Shown one piece after another: positions 13,326 to 24,065 of a stretch of DNA of 64,000 nucleotides (position 1 is its first letter; each line of letters starts with the position of its first letter). The position numbers and the translations under genes were made by a program. The notes under the pieces were generated by a model, which saw only the letters and a list, made by a program, of their open reading frames with translations, did not search any database and had not been told where the DNA came from. Origin of the DNA: Octopus vulgaris (lineage: Eukaryota); assembly GCA_951406725.2 (NCBI GenBank), contig OX597831.1, positions 35,340,001-35,404,000 on the forward strand. The letters run 5' to 3'.

Positions 13326-14406
13326 ATGGCGACCCCCGTCGCCGTACAGATGAATCTGCATCCGATTATGAACTGGGATTCTAGTGATGTCGTTAAGAAT
13401 TTAAAAAATTCAAACAAAAAGCTCAACTAGCTTTCAAAAGTTTCCTGAAAGGCACAACTGACGATGAAAAGGTAAGTTACATCCTTTTATGGTCAGGTAA
13501 TAAAGGAATAGACCTATACAATAGCTGGGATATGTCAGAATCAGACTGCAATGACCCAGATACACTTCTTGATAAATTTGAGAGGCACCTAGAGCCCAGG
13601 TCAAACCACAGAATTCAGAGATACGAATTCCAGGGCCTGAAACAAGCCCCACAAGAAACAATAGACAATTTCCTGTCAAGACTGAAAAATGTTGCAGAGA
13701 AATGCAAATTCAAAGACAGGGAGAAGAGAATTGTAGACCAATTAATATGGGGGTGTGCCCACAAAGAAGTGCAAAAATCCCTCATAGGTAAGGACGCTCT
13801 CCAGTTGGTAGAAGCAGTAGACACTGCAAGAGCATTTGAAGCCACTACCAAACAAATGGCCTCACTAAGCTTACAAGCAAGCCCACTAGATAGCAGTGTA
13901 GATACTGTATATAAGGACAGGACACAAACCCAAAACCAAAGAACATGCCGGTACTGTGGTACAGAGCATGAATTTAATGACCGGAAAAAATGTCCTGCAT
14001 TCGGTACACACTGCAAAGGATGTGGAAAACTGAACCACTGGAAAAAAATGTGTAGGATAACAAAATCCCAGAGATACAAGCCCCAAGTTTCAAAGAGGAG
14101 CAGAAATAGAAGGGATATACATGCACAACAACAGGAACAAAGCACCTCAGAGGAGGAATTCTTAGCAATCGGCATAATAAATGTGCATGAGAAGGGAAAG
14201 GACGACCGAAGGAAAGAAGATGAGGCATACACAACGATAAAAATTCAAAAGAAGGCCGGAAGGAAAAGAACAAACATAGACTTAAGGCTGAAGATAGACA
14301 CTGGGGCCCAGAGTGATATCTTGCCTGTCGGCTTATACAAGAAGATGTTCCCAGAAAATATGACAGAAGAGGATAGGGTCAGGAAAGGAATCCTCACACC
14401 ATTGAT
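13326..14406 (+). pseudogene. gag: gag plus aspartic protease of the LTR element (frameshift near 13400)
   Basis: ATG at 13326 (MATPVAVQMNLHPIMNWDSSDVVK) shifts into FKKFKQKAQLAF...MSESD; double zinc knuckle CRYCGTEH..CPAFGTHCKGCGKLNHWKKMC; protease motif LKIDTGAQ. Confidence 0.88.
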
Positions 14407-15666
14407 GTGGTCCTCACTGCGTACGGAGGTACCAGAATCCCACAACTGGGGAAAACAACAATAAAGGGGACACACAAAGGGAAATCAATCGAGTGTACAT
14501 TTTATGTGACAAGAACAGAAGGCCCAGCAATTCTTGGACTCGATACCTGCAGGAGGTTAAATATTGTGTCGGTCAATGCTGAAGTGAAAGCAGCTCCAAG
14601 CAGGATTAACAGTGATACGCCTATCAAAGACCGACCACCAATCACAAACAAAAAGGAGATGGAAGGACTAAGCAGAAAGGTCCACCACATTGTGAATGTG
14701 ACAACCAATAAGAGCATGTACAAAGACATAGAAAAGTACAAAACCTCACAACAAAAGAAAGACATAGAAAAGTACAAAACCTCACAACAAAAGGAGGAAA
14801 TGATATCTGGTGACATCCCAAGAAGGCCATGGCAAACTATTGGAGTAGATCTATTCACAGAAGGCCAAGAATGGTATTTAATAATGGCCTGCTACTACTC
14901 CAAATTTCCATTTGTGAGAAAAGTGAAAGACCTGACAGCCAAAACAATCACTACAGTGGCCCGAGGACTCCTAGCAGAGCAAGGAATACCAGAGCAGATC
15001 ATATGTGACTATGGAACCCAGTTCACGTCACAAGAATTCAAAAAGCTAGCCGATGAGTATGGGTTCAATATTAAAACTTCATCTCCACACTGCCCCAAAG
15101 GTCATGGGTTTATAGAAAGACAGGTGCAGACAGTGAAGAGAACACTAGTCAAATGCCGGAAGACTAGGGAAGATCCACACCTGGCACTTATGTCCCTACG
15201 AGCGACTCCGCTGAGAGCTAATATGAAATCCCCAGCAGAATTGCTGAATGGCAGGAAGTATAAAACTACCCTGCCAACTAAGATCCAACCTCCTATTGAC
15301 CAGAAAGAAACAAGGGCAAAGCTAGCAGCCACTCAAGAACGAGCACAGAGGCATCACAACAAACATGCACAATATTTACCTGAGATGCTTGGAGGACAAC
15401 ATGTGCATACTCAAGATCCCATAACTAAAACATGGATCCCAGCAAAGGTTGTCAGTAGAGCTGAAACTCCAAGATCAAATATAATAGAAACAGAATCTGG
15501 TAGGCAGCTGAGACGCAACAGGGCCCACATCCGCCCAACACCAGAGCTACCGAGGAAAACGTGTACAACACACCTCAGACACCGGTGCGAAGCAGAAGAT
15601 CCACCAGATGGAGAAAGAACATTCTGCCACCGGTTCGATACCGCTAAAGAAAAAGAAAAGACATGA
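14407..15666 (+). pseudogene. pol: Deleted pol: protease C-terminus fused to integrase core
   Basis: AILGLDTC (protease end), then PWQTIGVDLF...ICDYGTQF...GFIER with D-35-E spacing and RRNRAHIR C-terminus; no YxDD RT motif, RNase H or intact HHCC finger. Confidence 0.88.
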
Positions 15667-15748
15667 TGACAATCCATAGAGCAAGGGAGACTACTCATAG
15701 TTGTCTTCACTGCCAAGAGACCCCCTTTTTTTTTTCAAGAAGAAGGGA

Positions 15749-15963
15749 TGTTACACATTCATATCTGTGTGTTTGCGAATGCCAAACTACTCCATACTCT
15801 TGGCACTATTTGTTAGTGAACAATACAAACTGTGTGTTAAGTAAACAATGTATCACTACACGGCGATGGGTCGTCCATGTAAGTAACGTCAATAAACACG
15901 ATAAACATAACAATGGTTTTCATTTGGTTGTCTTTCCCAATACAACAAACTACACGCATAACA
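15749..15963 (+). repeat. 3' LTR
   Basis: Direct repeat of 12988-13202, preceded by polypurine tract AAGAAGAAGGGA (15737-15748). Confidence 0.96.
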
Positions 15964-17128
15964 GTACCGTCACCCTTACTGAGATTGGTGTAACTAGAAG
16001 AGTTGCATTAATTCAGAAATCTGCTCTACTGAGAAGAGCAACGATTGTAAGAAGGGTCCTCAATATCTAAGGAAACTGATTGAGACCCCATATCAAGGAC
16101 ATTGATTCCGAATGTAAAATATTTTTGCCCACCATAAATAACAACAACAACAATAATAGCCCTGATGCATTACCAGGCACTAGATCTTGTGGCTTCTGAT
16201 CTTAACTGATTGAAAGTGTTATCATGTGTATGTTTTGTCTTGGAGCAAAAGATGAGCTACAACAAATGTTTTGTCCGATGCTATAGGTGTGCTTGTCACT
16301 TGCTTGACCTTAACCAGCAGAGCATGTCTCTCAGTGGCTAAGGATATGTGCATCTCTGATCACAGGCAGGAGTAGCGGCGAAGCGCCATAGCCATGTGTT
16401 GAGAGGTATTTTTGGGGGTTTGAATAATTAATCTCTGGAAACAGGTGTTTTATTCAACATCCTTAAACAACTCTTATCCAGGGACCTTTTGAACAGGATG
16501 GACTACTTGACCTGAAGAAAATCCTGACTGGGCTCCACCTGCAAGGTAATGCACTGTTTATCTTGAAATGAGATCATCGTGTCACACATGTATGGTTGTG
16601 ATGCATGTACCTGGTGTACCCCTATCAGACTGGTTGTCATGTTGGGTATACTGGGCTTTGTATATTTATACCCCTGCGTCACTTTAATGGCATGTGCTGC
16701 TCTCTCTCACTTAATAATAATAATTATAAGAATAGTTTTAAATTTTAGGAGAAGGCTTAAGTCGACTACATCGACCCCTGTGCTCAACCAGTGTTTATTT
16801 TATCGGCCGTGAAAGAATAAAAAGCAAAGATGACCTGGGTGGAAATTGAACTCCGTATGTGAAGAACCAGAAGAAATGTCACAAAGTTTTTGTTTTTTTT
16901 TATCTGATGCACCAACGGTTATGCCAGGTCACTAATAATAATTGTGATTTAATTGTATGCAGTGCTCAGCTGCCCTACAATTAGTCAGAAAACAGCAACA
17001 GTGGACAGAAAGTCAAGAAAAAGAAGACAGCAGTGAAAGCCAAGAGTGCATGAGTTGGTACTCAGAATAAATCAGAGAAAGGTAGGAAAGCAACATTAAA
17101 GGAGCCGAGAGGTTAATAACCGAGGTAC

Positions 17129-17140
17129 TGCGCATGCGCG
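17129..17140. promoter_or_regulatory. NRF1/EWG-type palindromic site
   Basis: TGCGCATGCGCG within a CpG-containing unique patch in CpG-poor DNA. Confidence 0.5.
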
Positions 17141-17815
17141 GGTGAGAAAAGTCGGAGAAAGAGCCATTATAGCTCAGAGGACTTCATTCTAAGGGAGATA
17201 AATCTAATGTTAAAGTTATTCCCCTTGATATATTTCATTGTGAAACGTACTCCCAGCGTAATACTTATATATAAAAAGTTGTTTATAAATTTTTAGGCTG
17301 GAATAATTAACTAACATATGAACACAATGCTCTTCTGAGGCAAAAAAAAAAAAAAAAAGGATGATGCAACGAGGTCGAGAAAATAAAAATCGTATAATAA
17401 TTTAAATCATTACAGCTTTTATTGGTTATACATTTGAAATGGGAAATTTCACCTTGGTTTTAAATTTTTGACTCAAAGCCATCCACTAGCGGAATAAATC
17501 GATTTACATCGACCTCAGTACTCGGCTGGTACTTATTTTATCGACCCCGAAAGAATGAAAGTCAAAGTCGACCTCGGCAGAATTTGAGCTTAAAAATGTC
17601 AATACAGAGACAAAGTGTTACTAAGCATTTTGCTCGGCGTGCTTAATTGGGCAATCCTTCGGTTTGACTCGACAAAACTCTAACGAGACCTCGCTTGTCT
17701 CCGTGACAACTTGACAATTCACTTCGGATATCTTCGTGACCTCCGTGACAGCTACTAAAATGGGAGGAGAAGAAAGCTAATGGGTTGTGTGTGCGTGCTT
17801 GTTCCTATCTGATTG

Positions 17816-18182
17816 TGGAGGCGCAATGGCCCAGTGGTTAGGGCAGCGGGCTCGCGGTTCCGATTCTCAGACCGGGCGTTGTGAGTGTTTATTGAGCGAA
17901 AACACCTAAAGCTCCACGAGGCTCCGGCAGGGGATGTTGGTGATCCCTGCTGTACTCTTTCACCACAACTTTCTGTCACTCTTACTTCCTGTTTCTGTTG
18001 CACCTGTATTTCAAAGGGCTGGCCTTGTCACTCTCTGTGTCACGCTGAATATCCTCGAGAACTACGTTAAGGGTACACGTGTCTGTGGAGTGCTCAGCCA
18101 CTTACACGTTAATTTCACGAGCAAGCTGTTCCGTTGATTCGGATCAACCGGAACCCTCGTCGTCGTAACCGACGGAGTGCTT
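17816..18182 (+). mobile_element. tRNA-derived SINE family D
   Basis: GGAGGCGCAATGGCCCAGTGGTTAGGGCAGCG head; related head on the minus strand ending near 26660. Confidence 0.7.
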
Positions 18183-18693
18183 CCCCCCATTAACTGACTG
18201 ATGAAGGCAGTGAGCTCGCAGAGTCGTTAGCACGCTGGACGAAAAGCTTAGCGGTATTTCGCCCGTTGTCCTTGTTTGTCCCCTCTGTGTTTAGCCCCTT
18301 GTGGGTAATAAAGAAATAGGTATTTCGCCCGTTGCTCTGACTTCAAAATTCTGCCAATGTCAACTTTGCCTTTCATCCTTTCGGGGTTGATAAATTAAGT
18401 ACCAGTGAAATTCTGGGGGTTGATGTAATCGACTAGTTCCCTCCCCCAAAACTTCAGGCCTTGTGCATATAATACAAAAAAATCATTAACAGGTTGATTT
18501 TAAAACCAATCCTATAAGTTGGAATCTACAATTTTCAGGGCAGTTTACATAGGATGTAATTATTGTCAAATGAGTAAATAAGTGTATGAAAATACGGTAT
18601 GCTTTTAACGTGTGTAAAAGTGTTGCATTTGTTGTCATTGAAATACATTGAGTATTTTATTTTTCAAAAATGCAGCGGAAATTATTATTATTA

Positions 18694-19082
18694 CTAGCAG
18701 TATCGCCCGGCGTTGCTTGGGTTTGTAAGGGAAATAACTATATAAGCATTTTTAGAGAGTTATAGCCAAAAAAATGCATTAAAAATGGAAAAAAAAAATG
18801 ATGGTAAATTTTTTTTTAAATCGTTGACTCATCGTAGACATTTTTAGAGAGTTACTTCCCTTATATAATAGCGAAAAATGCATTAAAATGGAAAAAAATG
18901 ATGGTAAATTTTTTTTAAAATCGTAGACTCATTGTAGACACGCGCTAATACCCAGAAGGGCTCGATATGAATCACGACTATAAGATACCCGCTTTTGATT
19001 AAACTGCACCGCAAAATATGGGAGTAGTTGGGAATCTAAATCGTAGGAGACAGACACACAACTTCACTTTTAAATATAAAGA
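18694..19082 (-). mobile_element. Non-autonomous Helitron
   Basis: Minus strand A|TCTTTATA... start, 3' hairpin region CCCAAGCAACGCCGGG then CTAG|T; near-identical copy at 61517-61909. Confidence 0.82.
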
Positions 19083-19779
19083 TTATTTTAGCTGGAAGGG
19101 TGTCTCTCGCCCTCCTATTACAAATTCTTGCTTCTCATGAGTTGCATGTAAAATGGTAGAAATAATACTAAGAACGAGCTTTCAGTAAATGCTGACACTT
19201 TAAACTTCCGCTATCTAAAATTATACAGCAAACCATATTAATACCCTAAGAAGAATGTTGTCTGTAGAAAATCATACATAGTTGGCTTTTCAACTCAACC
19301 GAACACATGGTTAAATGTGCTTCAACTGGAATAAAAATAATGTGACATAGGTTCCTCGAAACAAATTCTCCCCTCTGAAAAACCTCATGCTATTTATTAA
19401 CAAAAATGGGTTTAGATGAGCATTTTTAATTTGTTGCTTTTGGTGGTCTGTAGCGCAACACGATTGGATATGAGCTGAGTAGCCCATGAAACTAGAAAAA
19501 TCCAAATGTCTAACTCAATAAAGTATTTCAGCATCACATGACTGGTTGTATGACCGATCATTAGAGATTTACACGTAGAGCCTTTTTTTTCTTTTAGATT
19601 ATTTAAATCTAAAACATGCAAATGTAAAATTAGGGATCTTTACAATCTGACAGCCAGATTTTTTTATTAATTTTTTAAAACTAAATCTGCGACCGGTGAT
19701 GTAGTGGTATGGATTGTGCCTGCCCCTCTGGCGAAATCTGCGAACAGTAATGTAGTGTTATAATAATAATAATAATAAT

Positions 19780-20168
19780 AATGAAATTATTGTATACAGT
19801 GCTCAGGTGCACCACAGCTTGTCAGAAAGTGCATATAAAGTACATGCAGTAATGTAGAAATGTCTGGAAAGTGAACATGCTTGTGTGTGTATGGAGGGGA
19901 GAAAATCAAGTGTAGTGTTGGCGAATCTCAGGAAGCATGGAAGTCTTGAAGGATGCAGTGCTCCGACAACTAACAACCGATGCCGGCAGTGTGTTCCATG
20001 CTTCAGCAACTCTCAGCGTGAAAAAAATGTTTCCTGAAGTCATGGGAGCTGTGCTGTTTTCTTACTTTGTAAATATGTCCACGGGTGTTAGATGGGTGGA
20101 GTTTGAAGAGGTGCTCAGTGTTATTGTTTGTGCGATGGTTGATAATTTTATGGGTGTCTGCCAGATGA
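19780..20168 (-). mobile_element. CR1-like LINE 3' fragment
   Basis: Minus frame LRVAEAWNTLPASVVSCRSTASFKTSM plus shared 3'UTR; copies at 57560-57820(-) and about 51770-52115(+). Confidence 0.72.
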
Positions 20169-21575
20169 ATTGGGGTTGCCCCTCAGGCAAAATCTGTAAC
20201 CGGTAATATAGTGCTATGGATTGGAGCTGCCCCTCTGGCGAAATCTGCGGCTAGTAATGTAGTGTTATGGATTAGGCCATATATATGTGTGTGTGTTTGC
20301 ATCTGCATTTATCCCCCATTACCACTTGACAATCAAGGCCTTAGCCACACTTCTTTAACTACTAAACACACACACACACATGCACACACACACACACACA
20401 AACACACCATTTATAGAATTTTTTTTGAAGGAAGAAGAAGCAAACAGTTAAAAATATTCATACATGTACAAAAGCTGTTAGTAGGTCATGCAAAGGTTTT
20501 CTCCAAAATAAAAAGTCAAAACCTAGTTAGCAATTTCTGTTGACAGAGAATATACTGAGTTTATTTCAAAAGACAGGAAGGTTTCTTTGGAGTGACGATA
20601 CCGCAGCTGTATGAGAGATGAAATGGTAGGAAAAAAAAAGAATGGAGAGGAGGAGGAGAAGATTGGAAGTTGCAGATTTAGATGAAGTAGGTTCCAGCAA
20701 AAACATTGAAAGAGGTCGCAGCAAACTTGGTCTGGTGGACATCTCTTAACCACATTGCTGGCGGCTGCCACACACGCACAAAAATTTCGATATGTGCTCA
20801 TGATAGCATGATGATTATAGGCACTGAGTTAGAACGGACAATGAATGTTTTTCAAAAAAGTAATTTGGTGTCTCATTCGATAAAAGTGAGTCTTTGTTAT
20901 GTGACGATGTTTGTCTTTGGTTCAAAAATGATTATTTCTTTTTGTAATGAGAGATGAGTTGAAAAGTTGAATAAAAATATATTTCACACATGCACACACA
21001 CACACACATATATATGCATGTATACAGACAGTTTACATATACATGTATACACATATATATATATTACACACATATACATGCATGTGTATATATATATATA
21101 TTTACGCACACACCCCTCTCTCTCTTTCGGAGAGGCACAAGCACCTACACGCACATATACACACACGGCAGTAACTTCCGCCTGCCGAATTCAATCACAA
21201 AGCTTCGGTCGGCTCGGGGTTATAGCGGAAGACACCTACTCAAAGTGCCACGCAGTGGGACTGAACCCGAAACCATGCAGCTAAGAAGCAAGCTCCCTAA
21301 CCACAAATATACATTTTTACACACACACACACACACACAGTCAACTCAATATGTGTGAATATATATATATATGTTTACATACATGTGTACATGCATGAGA
21401 ATACATATCATTAGCATCATCTTTCATCTTTTAAAATCCATGTCCCAAATGATGATATATATATATATTCACATGCACACACACACACAAACACAAATAT
21501 ATATGTAAATATGTGTATATAATTTAAACATGTACATATATAATGTGTACAATCTATATTGCATGCCAACACATT

Positions 21576-21779
21576 CTACAGCATGTATTGTTTCTGTTTC
21601 TCTTCGAGCCTCCGTGTACAAATAATAAACGTTGTAAATGAAGCTACAGCCACATAAAATAATGTAGCAATGATACTGTTCTTGTATTCCCAGACGTATA
21701 ATTGACATAAACAAATACTGGCAAGAGTTGCTCCAGCCAAGGCAGTCTTCTTCTTTACTGGAACTAACATTAGGTAAAT
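21576..21779 (-). CDS. SEC22A: SEC22A/C-like coding exon 6 (terminal, transmembrane segments and stop)
   Basis: TTTTTCAG acceptor; IYLMLVPVKKKTALAGATLASICLCQLYVWEYKNSIIATLFYVAVASFTTFIICTRRLEEKQKQYML* resembles the SEC22A C-terminus (ICLCxxYxxE); total CDS 942 nt. Confidence 0.9.
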   Translation of the reverse strand: MYLMLVPVKKKTALAGATLASICLCQLYVWEYKNSIIATLFYVAVASFTTFIICTRRLEEKQKQYML

Positions 21780-21955
21780 CTGAAAAAAATTAAAAAATGA
21801 ATACAATGAAAAATGTAAAAATTAGTTATGTATATACTACATATGCATGTACATATATATTGTATATGCATGCACATTGTTTGTATGTGTACAATATATA
21901 TAAAAGGGGTAAAGATCCACTCCTGCCATGAATGAACATGGGATTGCACCTAGAA

Positions 21956-22171
21956 GGCGGCGAGCTGGCAGAAACGTTAGCACGCCGGGCGAAATGCTTA
22001 GCAGTATTTCGTCTGCCGTTACGTTGTGAGTTCAAATTCCGCCAAGGTCGACTTTGCCTTTCATCCTTTCGGGGTCAATAAATTAAGTACCAGTAACGCA
22101 CTGGGGTCGATGTAATCGACTTAATACCTATGTCTGTCCTTGTTTGTCCCCTTGTGGGTAATAAAGAAATA
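21956..22171 (+). mobile_element. tRNA-derived SINE family B with 16-bp TSD, nested in another SINE
   Basis: GGCGGCGAGCTGGCAGAA...GAGTTCAAATTCC...CTTTCATCCTTTCGGGGTC; TSD GGGATTGCACCTAGAA (21940-21955, 22172-22187); other copies near 10201, 18205, 28741, 34093, 46075. Confidence 0.85.
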
Positions 22172-23151
22172 GGGATTGCACCTAGAAAGTTCCCCTCAAA
22201 AGCACAAATCCGGGCAAGGTTTTTGATGGAAGACCGGCAGTCGTTCATGCATACCAGCCTCCCTTCTCCTGTCACTGAGTAAAGGCAAAGGCCGATACAG
22301 CTTGGCACCAGTGATGCTGCAACTCATTTATACAGCTGAGTGAACTGGAGCAACGGGGAATAAAGTGTCTTGCTCAAGAACACAACACACAGCCTGGTCC
22401 GGGAATCGAACTCACTACCTCATCATGATTGTGAGCCCAATGCTCTAACCACTGAACCATGTACCTTCACACTGTATATGTATATATGCACACATATATG
22501 TGGTACAAAATATTTAAAAAATGTCCCATGCATTCTACATGCAACCTAAATGCTGAATGAAGTGTTTTGGATGTGTTTACCTAGATATTTAAAATGGAAT
22601 ATGCTACACTTACATGTAGCAAACATCCTATATACACACGCCAACACACACACATCCTCATTTAATGTCCGTCTTCCATGCTTGGATGGGTTAGACTGTT
22701 TGACAGGTGCTGATAAGCCAGAGGACTCCACTAAGCTCCACTGTCTGCTTTGGCGTGCTTTTATGGTTAGACGCCCTTCCTAGTGCCAACCACTTTACAG
22801 GGTGGAAGGGTGAATTTTTACATGGCTCCAGCACCAGTGGGATCACCAGGTAACTTGCAAGACAAAAGATCCCTCAACTGTGAGTGGTAGGTCTGTGCCA
22901 GGTGGAGTGAAGTTAGAACATAACATAGAAACAGAAAGAGGGGTCTTGCTGTAGGAGATATATGATTACCCAGAGCACTGCCACACACATATACACACGA
23001 CAGATTTTCAGTTTCCATCTATCAAATCTACTCACAAGACTTTCGTTGGCTTGAGGCTGTAGCAGAAAGCACTTGTCCTAGGTGTTGTGTAGTGGGACTG
23101 AACTAAAAACCATGCAAGTGAGAAGTGAATTTCTTAACGCTTACACATATA

Positions 23152-23693
23152 CAAGGTGTCCCCCCAAAACTGACATCATTTGAAATATGAATATCTAAGT
23201 AACTACATACCCTAGGCATATGAAATTAAATAGGCTTCATGTTAAGTAATAGATGATCTATCTATCAAAATTTGAACGAGAGATTTGGAGGGATGTAGAT
23301 TTTATAACCGATTTCACAAAGGTTCACAAACGATTAATATGTGCAACACCAGTGACATGACACATGTCAAGTCAGTAGTCTGGCTTCTGCTAGACATGCA
23401 GGTCTTGCGTAATATTCTCCAGCACCTCAGTGATTTTCTATTTGAGTTCCTCCTAAGCTTGTAGGAAGAAGAGGGATATAGACTAGTCCTTTCAAAAAGC
23501 TCCATAGAAAAAAATCACACGGTCAAGTCAGGTGAACGTGGTGGCCTTTCAACAACACATTGTCATTATTACTGGCTTGTCTGATCCAAACTTATTTTTT
23601 TTACAAATTTTGTTAAAATTTGAGATCATTCGAGTGAGAATTGGCTATGTTATTAGACTCTGAAATGATGGGTAATTTTGGGGGGACACCCTG
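23152..23693 (-). mobile_element. Internally deleted Tc1/mariner-superfamily element
   Basis: TA|CAAGGTGTCCCCCCAAAA and TTTTGGGGGGACACCCTG TIRs; minus relic PPRSPDLT.CDFFLWSFLKGLVY. Confidence 0.8.
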
Positions 23694-23996
23694 TTTATTG
23701 GGCACAAGCATGGCTGTGGTTTAAAAGTTCACTCTTCAGCACCTTTAGGCAAGAATCTTCCACCAGCACCGTGTGTGTGTTAGAGTTGTTGTTGACATCA
23801 TAAGACTTATATAATCTTTTGAAAGAACATGAAATAATTACTTTTCTTTTAGGACATACACACACACAGAATGGGCATTTTCAGTTTCCATCTACCAAGT
23901 CCACTCACACAGCTTTAGTGAACCCAGGGGCTATAGTAGACAAAATGTCACTTAGTGGAAGTGAAGCAGGTCAATAAAAGACAAAATTCTAATTAC

Positions 23997-24065
23997 CTGG
24001 AAACCTGTTAAAAAAAAGGATATAAAAAATGCAGCTGCGTATTGTGTGAAATCTTCATCATAGAC
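23997..24065 (-). CDS. SEC22A: SEC22A/C-like coding exon 5
   Basis: TTTTTAG acceptor, CAG|GTAATT donor; VYDEDFTQYAAAFFISFFLTGFQ, 69 nt, phase 0-0; fills the DFNYIIAFFL..Q segment expected from vertebrate SEC22A. Too short for the ORF track. Confidence 0.87.

Larger units (their letters stand above)
12988..15963 (+). mobile_element. Ty3/Gypsy (Mag-like) LTR retrotransposon, non-autonomous (no RT/RNase H)
   Basis: Two 215-bp TGT...ACA LTRs, TSD GTACC (12983-12987, 15964-15968), PBS, PPT, gag-protease-integrase order. Confidence 0.96.
12560..16158 (+). mobile_element. Decayed RLE-type non-LTR retrotransposon (R4/Dong-like) split by the LTR element
   Basis: From 12707: KWYQHQP..TEN..TILWDFNV*TDH...PDIVVLD, then KEEEKI...IDALGT; resumes after the TSD as VTLTEIG..LIQKSALL..ATIVRRVLNI* (16070); (CAA/TAA) tail near 16136-16158. 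Left boundary approximate. Confidence 0.8.

Noticed and set aside
13615-14232. Minus-strand ORFs over the LTR element
   Set aside because: Antisense shadows of gag/pol with no recognisable motifs.
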